Shown: piece by piece, positions 53,596 through 63,830 of the stretch
Layout of the letters: each line of letters begins with the position of its first letter
Numbering within the stretch: the first letter of the stretch is position 1
Position numbers and translations under genes: made by a program
NCBI GenBank assembly: GCA_963796965.1
Contig: CAWCNS010000004.1
Span: forward strand, 896,001-960,000
Reading direction: 5' to 3'
From: Calditrichia bacterium
GTDB lineage: Bacteria; Calditrichota; Calditrichia; JAJRVZ01
DNA length: 64,000 nt
The notes under the pieces: generated by a model
What the model saw: the letters and a program-made list of their open reading frames with translations, nothing else
Databases searched by the model: none
Told to the model about the DNA's origin: nothing

Positions 53596-55734
53596 ATGAA
53601 GCGTATTAATTTTTTATTTGGGATTCATAATCATCAACCGATAGGAAACTTTGACTTTGTGTTTGAAGAAACCTATCACAACGCCTATTTGCCATTTATT
53701 GAAGTATTAGAAAAATTTCCTTCGATCAAAATTACTATTCATTTTACCGGGATTCTGATAGATTGGTTAATTAATAATAGACCAGATCTAATTAACAAAA
53801 TAAAAAAGATGGTAAAACGCGGACAATTGGAAATTCTGACAGGTGGTTATTATGAGCCCATTTTAAGTGTCATCCCTGAACAGGATCGCATCGGACAGAT
53901 AGTCAAATTAAGTAATAAAATAAAAAAAGTGTTTGGCTATGATCCTGAAGGTCTATGGTTGGCTGAGCGCGTTTGGGAGCCTACCTTACCATCATCTCTT
54001 AGCAAGGCAGGAGTCAAATATTCAATATTAGATGACACCCATTTTAAATATGCCGGTTTAAAAGATGAGCAGTTAAATGGCTATTATACTACGGAGGATT
54101 TAGGTAAATCAACGGATTTATTTCCCATAAGTCGCAGGCTCCGATACGCGATTCCATTTGAAGAGCCACGGGTCACGATAGAATATCTTCGTTCATTGGC
54201 AACTGAAGATGGCAAGAATCTGGTGGTTTTTGCAGATGATGGTGAAAAATTTGGTGCCTGGCCCAATACATATGATCATGTTTATAAGACCAGGTGGTTG
54301 GAAAGGTTGTTTCAGGCATTAGTTGATAACAACTCCTGGATTAACATGATGCATTTTAATCAGGCGCGTGCGGTTACGAAATCAATTGGCAGAATTTACC
54401 TTCCAACTGCTTCTTATTCTGAGATGATGCAGTGGTCTTTATTTCCAGATGCTTTTAAATCTTATGCCGACTTTGAGCATTATTTGATGTCAAATGACAT
54501 ATATGAAGATGTACATGTATTTGTTAGAGGGGGATTTTGGCGAAATTTCATGGCCAAATATTCTGAGGTTGATGATATGCATAAGAAAATGCTCAGAATC
54601 AGTGATAAACTTTGGAATTTGCCTTTATCAAAACAGAAAAACTTAGAAGAAGCATTTGATCATCTTTGGGCCGGTCAGTGTAATTGTCCCTATTGGCATG
54701 GCGTTTTTGGTGGTTTGTATCTCAGTCATCTTCGGGATGCCATTTATCAGAATCTGATTCAGGCTGAATCAATTATTGAGAAAAAACTTGCTCAGCCTTT
54801 TCCGTCGTTAGAGATAAAAGATCTGAATCTGAATGGTAATTCAGAGGCTGTTGTTGCAACAAGATATTATAATGCACAAGTTAGTTTTGAAAGAGGTGGG
54901 AGTCTCACCGAACTGGATTATAAACCCGTTGCTAAAAATTTGTTAGATACCGTCATGCGTCGTCGGGAAGGGTATCATGATAAGTTAAAAGATGCTGTTG
55001 TGATTGGTGAAGCCTCCAATGGGGATGAAACAGCCAGTATTCATGACCTTGTCCAGGCAAAAGAACCAAATTTGATTACTCACTTACATTATGATTTTTA
55101 TGAACGTAAGTCATATCTGGACCATTTCCTGAGAAAAGATACAAACCTCAATGATTTCGCATCTGCTCAATATTCTGAAGATGGAGATTTCCTCGATCAT
55201 CCATTTGTGTTACTTAGAAAAAAAATAGGCAAAGATTCAATTCTCCTAACGATGCAACGCAATGGATCTGTCTGGAGCCATGGTAAAGCGGAGCCGGTTA
55301 CAGTAAATAAAAAAATCAGATTCCAGAATGAAGAATCGAAGATAATCGCAGAATATACACTTATTAATCATTCCAGGAAGGTGCTGGATCTCTGGTTTGG
55401 TGTTGAGTTTAACTTTGGCCTGCAGGCAGGTCATGCCGATGACAGGTTTTATTATAATAAAAGTGGTGCGCTAGAGGATAAATTTCTTGATTCTATCGGG
55501 AGTATTGAGAGCGATAATTTTATTGGGTTAGTCGATCAGTGGCGCAAATTAGACGTGCGCCTTCGCATGAGCAAAAAAAGTACAATTTGGAGATTTCCAA
55601 TCGAGACGATATCTCTTTCTGAAGGCGGATTCGAAAAAGTCTATCAGAGCTCTGTCGTTTTTCCCAACTGGAAGATTAAGCTTGAGGAGAAATGGCAGGT
55701 TAAAATTTCACAAGAGTTGGCGATGATTGATTAA
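53596..55734 (+). CDS. GH57 4-alpha-glucanotransferase / alpha-amylase
   Basis: HNHQP, GGYYEPIL, WLAERVWEP, DDGEKFG, QCNCPYWHGVFGGLY, SEGGFEKVYQ. Confidence 0.92.
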   Translation: MKRINFLFGIHNHQPIGNFDFVFEETYHNAYLPFIEVLEKFPSIKITIHFTGILIDWLINNRPDLINKIKKMVKRGQLEILTGGYYEPILSVIPEQDRIGQIVKLSNKIKKVFGYDPEGLWLAERVWEPTLPSSLSKAGVKYSILDDTHFKYAGLKDEQLNGYYTTEDLGKSTDLFPISRRLRYAIPFEEPRVTIEYLRSLATEDGKNLVVFADDGEKFGAWPNTYDHVYKTRWLERLFQALVDNNSWINMMHFNQARAVTKSIGRIYLPTASYSEMMQWSLFPDAFKSYADFEHYLMSNDIYEDVHVFVRGGFWRNFMAKYSEVDDMHKKMLRISDKLWNLPLSKQKNLEEAFDHLWAGQCNCPYWHGVFGGLYLSHLRDAIYQNLIQAESIIEKKLAQPFPSLEIKDLNLNGNSEAVVATRYYNAQVSFERGGSLTELDYKPVAKNLLDTVMRRREGYHDKLKDAVVIGEASNGDETASIHDLVQAKEPNLITHLHYDFYERKSYLDHFLRKDTNLNDFASAQYSEDGDFLDHPFVLLRKKIGKDSILLTMQRNGSVWSHGKAEPVTVNKKIRFQNEESKIIAEYTLINHSRKVLDLWFGVEFNFGLQAGHADDRFYYNKSGALEDKFLDSIGSIESDNFIGLVDQWRKLDVRLRMSKKSTIWRFPIETISLSEGGFEKVYQSSVVFPNWKIKLEEKWQVKISQELAMID

Positions 55735-55744
55735 TAAATCTTGG

Positions 55745-55869
55745 CAAAGCTGCAAACAAACGGTATGATCTTTGTCATTCCATCCCGGAACGAGATCCCG
55801 TTTCGGGAAAGTAATCTCCCTGTCTGTCGTTAATGATACCTCAGGTAGGAAGATTCTTACAGTAAGATA
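55745..55869. repeat. Dispersed composite repeat, copy 2
   Basis: Flank matches 22493-22521; TGTCATTCC...AATCTCC...GGAAGATTCTTACAGTAAGATA with inner hairpin TCCCGGAACG/CGTTTCGGGA. Confidence 0.6.
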
Positions 55870-56049
55870 AAAAGACTCTGTTGAAATAATACTACTCTTG
55901 TTAATAATAACATTATGACATTTAAGAGGCTAACGAGAATTTTAATATTTAGTTAGAGTCAATATGGTAAAATTGAATAAAAAATTCGTAAATTTGAATA
56001 GTGACTGATGGAAACAGCAGTTATTATCATTTGTAACAGGTGAATATTT

Positions 56050-57679
56050 ATGCGTAGAACAAATACAATCTTATTAATAATTAGTATCTTTCTGATCCTT
56101 TTTCTATTTGGTTCACGTTTTGGCAGAAGTTTTAAGAATATTTTTAATGATAGTAAAGAAGCAGAGAGTATTGAAAAATTTAATGAGATTATCAGTTATA
56201 TTTCTACATTTTATGTTGATGATGTGAATTGGGAGAATGCCATGATGGGAGCCATTGAAGGGCTTCTCTCTGAACTGGACCCCCATTCAGTCTATATCTC
56301 CTCAGAAGATGCAGAATTGAATGAAGAAAATTTCCAGGGAAGATATCAGGGCATTGGTATTCACTTTGATGTCATTGACGGTTATCTAACCGTCATTTCA
56401 CCAATTTCTGGCTCACCCTCAGACAAGATCGGTTTGCTTCCCGGAGACCGAATTGTCTCGATTAACGGTGAGTCTGCGATCAATATTGCCAGCAATGAGG
56501 TGTTTAAAAAATTAAAGGGTCCAAAGGGCTCCTCAGTAGATGTTATCATTACAAGGGTTGGAGTAAAAGAACCTTTACATTTTACTATTGTCCGCGACGA
56601 AATCCCCATTTCTGCCATCAATCAGCTATTTTATTACACCAGACAGTACGGCTTACATCTCGGTTAGTCGATTTGCTAAAATTACTGATGAAGAAGTCGA
56701 TGAAGCCCTTGAAGAATTGTCAGCACTTGGAATGAAAAAACTGATTCTCGACTTGCGTTGGAACGCCGGCGGTCTTCTTGACCAGGCTGTGAAATTAGCT
56801 TCAAAATTTGTAAAAGGTCATAAAAAGATTGTATATACAGAAGGTCGTATTTCCGAATTTGATGAGCAATTCTATACGGATTCTTTTGATAAGGAAAAAG
56901 TATATGATATTCCTCTTGTTCTTCTAATTAATCATGGTTCGGCCTCTGCATCAGAGATTGTTGCCGGGGCAATCCAGGATTATGATCGTGGTTTGATTGT
57001 GGGTACTACCAGTTTTGGAAAGGGATTGGTTCAAAGGGAATATTTATTAAATGATGACTCCAGGTTACGATTAACTATTTCCAAGTATTATACGCCCAGC
57101 GGTCGTCTTATACAACGTCCATACGAAGGAAAAGATGTCGATCAGTATTACTCTAGCATTTATGATTCAGTATTTAGCTCAGAAGAATCTGACACTCTTG
57201 AAGAAAAGCCTTTATATTATACAAACTCAGGTAGAAAGGTATATGGAGGTGGAGGTATTACCCCGGATGTACAGGTAACGTTTGAATCGAAAGACAAGGC
57301 TCCATCTCTTACCCAAAAGTTCTTTCAGAAAAGATTGTTTTTTGAAATAGCATCAAAATATGCAAATAAGCATAGTTACTTAAAAAACTCGTTTCAATCT
57401 TTTCTGGATTCGTTCCAGGTTAGCAGGGGATTATTAAATGAACTGAAAGAATTGGCGATAAAAAAAGAGATTGATTTTAGTGATTCAGAATTCAATCAAA
57501 ATGATGAATATTTCAGATCAAGGTTAAAATCTGAGATTGCACGCAGTCTTTGGGGAACCGAAAGGTATTATCAGGTGTTATTAATATATGACAACCAATA
57601 TTTGGAAGCGCGAAAATTATTCCAGGAAATGGAGGACTTATTAATACCGAATCCGGAAAAAGATAGTGTAACTAATTGA
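56050..57679 (+). CDS. S41 carboxyl-terminal processing protease (frameshift near 56620)
   Basis: LDPHSVY, PDZ GIGI...KGPKGS, LILDLRWNAGGLL, SASASEIVAGAIQD, SFGKGLVQ, YYTPSGR, GGGITPD. Confidence 0.92.
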
Positions 57680-57779
57680 AAAAACGTCTCTTATGCTAAC
57701 TACATTATTAATTATGATCGGGACTTAAATTTTCGTAAATTCATAAAAGGGAAATAAAATTTATACCAAAAAAAATGAA

Positions 57780-57808
57780 TTGACTTTTTTAGGTAAAAAT
57801 CTTATTAT
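57780..57808 (+). promoter_or_regulatory. Putative sigma70 promoter for the exbB operon
   Basis: TTGACT-17 nt-TATTAT ~85 nt upstream of ATG 57894 (SD GGAGG). Confidence 0.5.
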
Positions 57809-57893
57809 AACAACCGTATTTAACTGGAACTCCTCGAGTTTGTTAACAACTTAATTTCATTTTATTTATATACTTTTTGGAGGATGAAGACTC

Positions 57894-58509
57894 ATGGTAA
57901 AATTGTTTCTTGATGGTGGAGAATTTATGTGGCCAATTTTGGGCCTCCTAATCGTAGGTCTCGCATTTGTAGTAGAGCGATTCTGGACCCTAACCCGTGC
58001 CTCAGTAAATACCCGAAAATTTCTTGGTAGAATTCGTGTTGCTCTCGAAGAAGGTGGCGTAAAATCAGCTGACGGAAGAATGTGAAAAAACGCCAGGTCC
58101 TGTTGCCTCTATCTTTCATGCTGGTCTGAGCCGTGCGAACAAAGGAATTGCTTATGTAGAAAAAGCAATTACGACTGCTGGTTCTCTGGAAATGGCTTTC
58201 CTGGAAAGAGGAATGGTTGTATTGAGTACAGTCATCGTTTTGGCGCCGATGCTTGGATTTACAGGAACGGTTTGGGGAATGGTTGGTGCTTTTGACTCGA
58301 TTAAAAAAGCCAATGATATTTCACCCGCGATCGTTGCCGGTGGTATTTCACAGGCACTTCTTACAACACTTTTTGGTCTTATCGTTGCTATGATTATCCA
58401 GGTATTTAATAATTATTTTACTTCGAGAATTGATAAATTGATCATTGATATGGAAGAAAGTTCGGTTGAGTTAATTGAGGCATTGGCTGATTTAGAAGAC
58501 AATAAATAA
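57894..58509 (+). CDS. exbB: ExbB/TolQ/MotA-family proton channel (frameshift near 58072)
   Basis: GGEFMWPIL...VERF in the first ORF; APMLGFTGTVWGM, AGGISQALLTTLFGLIVA in the second. Confidence 0.9.
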
Positions 58510-58541
58510 ATAATTGATCAATAATTTATCAAGGTGAAGTT

Positions 58542-58949
58542 ATGTTATTGGGTAAAAGAAAAAAGATTGATCAGGAAATACCGACATCTGCCTTGCCGGA
58601 CATTATATTTTTATTGCTGATTTTCTTCCTCGTGACGACAACAATTGATGCTGAAAAAGGTCTCGATCTCGTTTTACCACCAGCACAGTCTGAAGAATTA
58701 AAAATGGCAAAAGAGAATATTGCTAATCTTCTTGTAAATGCTGTTGGTAGCGTGGCTATTGACGGACAAATTGTTGAAGTTCGCGACATTACGAGAATTA
58801 TCAAAGAAAGACTACAAGCCAATCCTTTGCTTGTTGTATCAGTTAAAACAGATAAGCAAACCCAATATGATATTTATTTGGATGTAATTGATAAACTTAA
58901 AAAGGCTGAGGCAACGCGAATTTCTTTGGCAGAACCTGAAGAAAATTAA
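58542..58949 (+). CDS. exbD: ExbD/TolR biopolymer transport protein
   Basis: IPTSALPDIIFLLLIFFLVTT. Confidence 0.9.
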   Translation: MLLGKRKKIDQEIPTSALPDIIFLLLIFFLVTTTIDAEKGLDLVLPPAQSEELKMAKENIANLLVNAVGSVAIDGQIVEVRDITRIIKERLQANPLLVVSVKTDKQTQYDIYLDVIDKLKKAEATRISLAEPEEN

Positions 58950-58968
58950 AGCACAAGGATGAATTGAA

Positions 58969-59385
58969 ATGCAACTTGAACGTAAAAATAAAATATCGAC
59001 TGCAATTCCCAGCGCATCCCTGCCTGATATTATATTTATGCTGTTGATCTTCTTTATGGTGGCGACTGTCTTTAAACAATTCGCAGGATTGAAGGTAAGT
59101 CTCCCTGATGCTGAAATGGTAAAAAAGATTCCTGGATCGAAACGTCATATCGTAACGATCTGGATTGACCGTAATAATCAGGTTGTCTGTGATGATTACA
59201 AAGTTTCCAAAATTTCTAATTTACGAAACGTACTCTACGAAAAGCGGGTTGCAGATCCTCAGATGATTGTTGCTATGAAGATTGATAGAGAATCTACAAT
59301 GGCCATGGTAAATGATGTGCAACAGGAAATGCGTAAAGCAGATGCTCTAAGACTTAATTATTCTGCTATCCCAGGGGTATTTTAA
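58969..59385 (+). CDS. exbD: ExbD/TolR biopolymer transport protein (second copy)
   Basis: IPSASLPDIIFMLLIFFMVAT. Confidence 0.9.
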   Translation: MQLERKNKISTAIPSASLPDIIFMLLIFFMVATVFKQFAGLKVSLPDAEMVKKIPGSKRHIVTIWIDRNNQVVCDDYKVSKISNLRNVLYEKRVADPQMIVAMKIDRESTMAMVNDVQQEMRKADALRLNYSAIPGVF

Positions 59386-59386
59386 T

Positions 59387-60019
59387 ATGGCACAATTAAG
59401 AAAGAAGGATCCTAAAGCGGATCTCGTTGGTAAGTATCGGAAAACATTGGAAGCGAGTACAATCATTGCCATGATTGTGATGATTGGAACTTTTTATGCT
59501 TTCAAAAAATTTGAGGTTGGTACTAAACTGCCTACGAGCGTGGATATTAAGATTGAAGTTATTGATATCCCACCAACAGAGCAAATTCAACGTCCACCAC
59601 CCCCATCCAGACCTTCAATTCCTATCGAAGCAGACGATGATGAAATGCTTGATGATGTGACGATTGAGGAAACAGAGGTTGTTTTTGAAGCAAGAGATGA
59701 AGCGCCACCACCTCCTCCCGAAGAAGATGATGAGGTCTATGAGTTTTTTGCCGTGTCGGAAAAGCCTAAACTTATTAATAAGGCTGTACCGGATTATCCT
59801 GATTTAGCGCGTAAAGCACAAATCGAGGGTAAGGTTGTTATTACTGTAACGATCGACAAAAAGGGTAATGTGGAGAATGCAAATGTCTTTAAATCTGTAC
59901 CGATGCTGGATGAGGCAGCAGTTGCTGCGGCAATGCAATGTAGATTTAAACCAGCAAAACAAAGAGATAAATTTGTTAAAGTTAAAATGAATATCCCCTT
60001 CGATTTCAAACTCCGTTGA
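59387..60019 (+). CDS. tonB: TonB energy transducer
   Basis: N-terminal TM, Pro-rich linker, YPDLARKAQIEGKV, LDEAAVAA, FKPA, IPFDFKL. Confidence 0.9.
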   Translation: MAQLRKKDPKADLVGKYRKTLEASTIIAMIVMIGTFYAFKKFEVGTKLPTSVDIKIEVIDIPPTEQIQRPPPPSRPSIPIEADDDEMLDDVTIEETEVVFEARDEAPPPPPEEDDEVYEFFAVSEKPKLINKAVPDYPDLARKAQIEGKVVITVTIDKKGNVENANVFKSVPMLDEAAVAAAMQCRFKPAKQRDKFVKVKMNIPFDFKLR

Positions 60020-60041
60020 GAGGATATTACCTAACCATTTT

Positions 60042-60082
60042 AAGGCAGGATGACATATATATGACATCTTGCCTTTTTTTTT
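60042..60082 (+). terminator. Rho-independent terminator
   Basis: AAGGCAGGATG...CATCTTGCCTT followed by a T run. Confidence 0.8.
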
Positions 60083-60161
60083 ATCTGATTTCATATAAGA
60101 AAAAATCAAGAATATCAGGTAAATAATGAAACTTCGAGTTTTAAAAATTGATGCAAATTAA

Positions 60162-60350
60162 TTTTACCGCATTTTAGCAATGGATACGCAAAATGAGCAG
60201 GATTGAAATTGTTAATTTCATTCAAAGATCGCTTTTAGTATCTTTTCCTTTATTGTTGAAAAGGATGTACCTTCCTTAAAGAAGTTCAATTTTTGAAATT
60301 AATTTAGTTTTTTGCGAACTTTGCACCTCCGTTGCGTCCTTGCGGTTAAA
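60162..60350. mobile_element. MITE-like element with degenerate ~40 bp inverted ends, copy 1
   Basis: TTTTACCGCA...GCAA...GCAA left end; TTTGCGAACTTTGCACCTCCGTTGCGTCCTTGCGGTTAAA right end, similar to 62590-62628; no transposase present. Confidence 0.45.
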
Positions 60351-60406
60351 CCACTTGATTTTTGTCGCAAATTTATTATGATAAAACAAATAAAATAATC
60401 CTAATA

Positions 60407-61376
60407 ATGGAAAACAGAATGAAGAATCGAATTGGAATTGGTATAGATCTGGGCGGAACATTTATTAAATATGCCTTAGGCAGGGAAAATGGAGAAATTT
60501 TAGCTGAAGGTAAAAAACGAACCACAACTGATGGGTCAAATGAAGTAATACTAAATGAGATAGCTGATGCTATTTCTGAAATGATTCAATTGGCGAAAAA
60601 AAAACGCCTTAAACCTTCAGTAATTGGTATTGGCACACCTGGTTGTGTTGATGTTAATGAGGGATTCTTAAAAGGTGGAACACCAAATTTTAGATATTGG
60701 AGTCAGGTACCCATTGCGGCAGAAATAATGAAAAGATCTAAGATAAAAACATTTGTAGACAATGATGCAAATCTTATGGCACTTGCTGAATCCCGGTTTG
60801 GAGCCGGCAGGGGGTATAGATAATTTGATTTGCCTTACCATCGGGACCGGGATAGGTGGGGGAATAATAATAAATAAGGAAATTTATCGGGGAAGCCAGT
60901 TTGCAGGAGCAGAGCTGGGACATATGTCGATTAAACATAATGGTATCGCCTGCCCCTGTGGTGGAAGAGGATGTCTTGAGCGTTATGCATCAGCAACGGC
61001 TATTTGTGATTACTATTTAAAATTGTCAAAAAAAGAGGGCATTCTAATAAGTAAAGATGATATAACTGTAAAAAGAATTTTTGAATTGCTAAAAAAAGGG
61101 GACGAACGGGCAGAAGAAACGATCGCGAAAGCGACCTATTATTTAGGGATGGGAATTGCCAATTTTATTAATATCTTTAATCCTGACCGGGTTATAATTG
61201 GCGGAGGTGTAGCTGGCGCAGGCAATATATATATCAAAAGGATTGAAAAAGTAGCAAATCAATATGCTATGCCCAATGCTAAAAAAGGCTTAAAAATTGT
61301 TAAAGCAAAATTAGGGAATAATGCCGGCTATTTAGGCGCATTGGCCTTTGCCTTTAACCAGTTGGATAAGCACTAA
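60407..61376 (+). CDS. ROK-family sugar kinase (glucokinase-like; frameshift near 60812)
   Basis: GIDLGGT, GIGTPG, DNDANLMALAE, TIGTGIGGGII, GAELGHM, CPCGGRGCLERYAS. Confidence 0.92.
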
Positions 61377-61515
61377 ATTTTTACTCAGAAGCAAGAATAG
61401 TACTGCTGTAAGTTCAGTGCTGCGAAGATTATACCCGGTACGATGCTTTCGCTGCTCCGATAATGGTTTTCAATATTTGTGAAACTTGATTTATCAAGCG
61501 ATAAACTAAATATAG

Positions 61516-61594
61516 ACTTGACAAGCATATACGAGGGACACAACTTTCAGTCCCGAGTACCCAGTACCCAGTACCCAGTACCCAGTACCCAGTA
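61516..61594 (+). repeat. Heptamer-armed element, copy 4: core plus (AGTACCC)5 microsatellite
   Basis: ACTTGACA-N13-GACACAACTTT (61516-61547), then five exact AGTACCC plus AGTA (61556-61594), ending 7 nt before the ATG. Confidence 0.85.
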
Positions 61595-61601
61595 GAGTAT
61601 C

Positions 61602-62498
61602 ATGAAATATCTCTTTATCATAAATCCAAAAGCCGGAAGAAAAAATAACGCCATGGATCTAACCGATGCAATCGATCGGCACATGGGTGCTAGTGGGTAT
61701 TCTTATGAATTTGCTTTTACAACCGCGGCCAGTGATGCAACCCGTATTACGAGAAATGCTGTAGATGAAAAGTTTGATATTGTTGTCGCTGTTGGCGGAG
61801 ACGGTACCGTTAATGAGGTGGGGTCTGGTTTGATAAGGACAGAAACAGCACTTGGAATTATTCCATTGGGTTCTGGTAATGGTGTTGCCCGAAGTTTAAA
61901 TATTCCACAGACACTTGCCGATGCCCTTGACCTATTGTTAACACAATCGATATTAGAAATAGATGTTGGAACCTTGAATGGAGAATATTTTATCGGGATT
62001 GCCGGGACCGGGTATGATGCTCTGATCGGAAATAAATTTCAAACATTTGGAGCCCGTGGTCCTCTTCCTTATTTTTTTATCAGTCTTCGCGAGTATTTAA
62101 AATACCAGTGTCATTATTATAAACTATGCTTCAATGATGAGTTGTTTCGTATTGAAGCCCTTATGGTTACATTTGCGAATACAAGAGAATATGGAAATGG
62201 GGCAGTGATTGCACCAAATGCCGATCCCCAAGATGGATTTATTGATATCTGTATGATAACCCCGCAAAATATCTGGGGTGCCATCAGAGCCTCAGTAATG
62301 CTATTTAATAACACCATAGATAAACATCCTGGATTTGTTACAAAAAAATGTCGCTCTTTAAGCGTAGAGGCAGAAGGAGAAGAAATGTATGTGCACAGGG
62401 ACGGAGAACCGGATGAGAGGAAAATAATATTAAATGTAGGAATTTTACCTAAAGCCTTACGGGTTTGTTCACCATTGGGTAAAAGAGGTATTACCTAA
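61602..62498 (+). CDS. Diacylglycerol kinase-family lipid kinase (YegS/DagK-like)
   Basis: IINPKAG, GGDGTVNEV, IPLGSGNGVAR, YGNGAVIAPNA, DGE. Confidence 0.92.
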   Translation: MKYLFIINPKAGRKNNAMDLTDAIDRHMGASGYSYEFAFTTAASDATRITRNAVDEKFDIVVAVGGDGTVNEVGSGLIRTETALGIIPLGSGNGVARSLNIPQTLADALDLLLTQSILEIDVGTLNGEYFIGIAGTGYDALIGNKFQTFGARGPLPYFFISLREYLKYQCHYYKLCFNDELFRIEALMVTFANTREYGNGAVIAPNADPQDGFIDICMITPQNIWGAIRASVMLFNNTIDKHPGFVTKKCRSLSVEAEGEEMYVHRDGEPDERKIILNVGILPKALRVCSPLGKRGIT

Positions 62499-62628
62499 CG
62501 GCAACGATGCAAAGGTTCTGCTAAGAACGCAAGGTGAAATTTGAGATCCACGATATTAAGACAACTGAGTTTAAATTCAATTTTAAAACTTTGCAAACCT
62601 TGTGCCTTCTTTACCTCCTTGCGGTAAA
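62496..62628. mobile_element. MITE-like element with degenerate ~40 bp inverted ends, copy 2
   Basis: TAACGGCAACGATGCAAAGGTTCTGCTAAGAACGCAAGG ... TTTGCAAACCTTGTGCCTTCTTTACCTCCTTGCGGTAAA. Confidence 0.5.
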
Positions 62629-62669
62629 TAGTCTTTTATATTAAACATCTGATTTAGGAAATATCAGCT

Positions 62670-63830
62670 ATGAAGAACGTGTACGATATTGGAAATGAAA
62701 TAGAATTGATTTATGGCAATCTCCTTTCCGGATTTGCCACCCAAAATCACGCCGCAAAACGTAAGTTCGCAGAGAAGGCCAGCAGATTTCGACCACCATT
62801 TGCTTTAGACCGTGACCGGATTATATATAGCGGCGCTTTTCGGAGATATACAGGAAAAACTCAGGTAGTATATTTTGCATCAATGCTGGATGAGCAGCTT
62901 ACCAGCAGGTCTATACATACACTTAGTGTAGCACAAGTTGCACGTACGATAGGCCGCCTGTTAAATCTTAATCTTGATCTTATCGAGGCGATTGCTCTTG
63001 GGCATGATCTTGGCCATCCACCCTTTGGTCATGATGGTGAGAAATATTTAAGTGAGGTAAGTGTTGAATATGGATTAGGGCAATTTCACCATAATATTCA
63101 AAGTTTAAGGGTGGTTGATGTTATATCAAAAAGGGGAGAGGGGTTAAACCTAACTTTTCAGGTACGTGAAGGTCTTTTATCACATGACGGGGAGGTACAT
63201 GACCAAATCCTCAAACCACAACCCCATAAAAATGAGAATGATCTGGAAGAGTTTGTGAGTGCCAAAGAATCAGGTACTAATATTTCAATGATGCCCATGA
63301 CCCTGGAGGGTTGTGTCGTGAGAATTACAGACACTATTGCCTATATCGGTCAGGATATTGAAGATGCCATCCGAATTGGATTGATTCAAAGGGAAGATCT
63401 TCCGTCTGAATGTGCAGAGGTACTTGGTAATGATAATGGTAAAATTATGGAAACGTTGGTGCGTGATGTGGTAGAAAACAGCTATGACAAAGGATTTGTT
63501 TGTTTTAGCAAAGAGATTTCTCACGCTTTAGAACAATTAAAAGAATTTAATTATGCGGCAATTTACAGGAGTAAAAAACTAAAAATTAATCATGATAGAA
63601 TTGCCAGAGGATTTAGACTCTTATTTGAAGGTTTTCACGAGGATATAAAAAGGAAAAATGAAAAAAGCATTATATATGTGGATTTTCTGAATACAAAGAC
63701 TTCAGATTATTTAAATAAAACACCCGCAGCATTACTCGTTAGAGATTATATTGCAGGCATGACAGATCGCTATTTTGTGGAAATTTTAAAACGCGTCATC
63801 GTGCCCGATATAACCCTTGGAGAAGTTTAA
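62670..63830 (+). CDS. dgt: HD-superfamily deoxyguanosinetriphosphate triphosphohydrolase
   Basis: FALDRDRIIYSGAFRRYTGKTQV, GHDLGHPPFGHDGE, HDG, DTIAYIGQDIEDA, DYIAGMTDRY. Confidence 0.9.
   Translation: MKNVYDIGNEIELIYGNLLSGFATQNHAAKRKFAEKASRFRPPFALDRDRIIYSGAFRRYTGKTQVVYFASMLDEQLTSRSIHTLSVAQVARTIGRLLNLNLDLIEAIALGHDLGHPPFGHDGEKYLSEVSVEYGLGQFHHNIQSLRVVDVISKRGEGLNLTFQVREGLLSHDGEVHDQILKPQPHKNENDLEEFVSAKESGTNISMMPMTLEGCVVRITDTIAYIGQDIEDAIRIGLIQREDLPSECAEVLGNDNGKIMETLVRDVVENSYDKGFVCFSKEISHALEQLKEFNYAAIYRSKKLKINHDRIARGFRLLFEGFHEDIKRKNEKSIIYVDFLNTKTSDYLNKTPAALLVRDYIAGMTDRYFVEILKRVIVPDITLGEV

Noticed and set aside
62670..63830. dGTPase as an antiphage defence gene
   Set aside because: Looks like the ordinary short housekeeping Dgt in a metabolic neighbourhood, with no defence-island context visible
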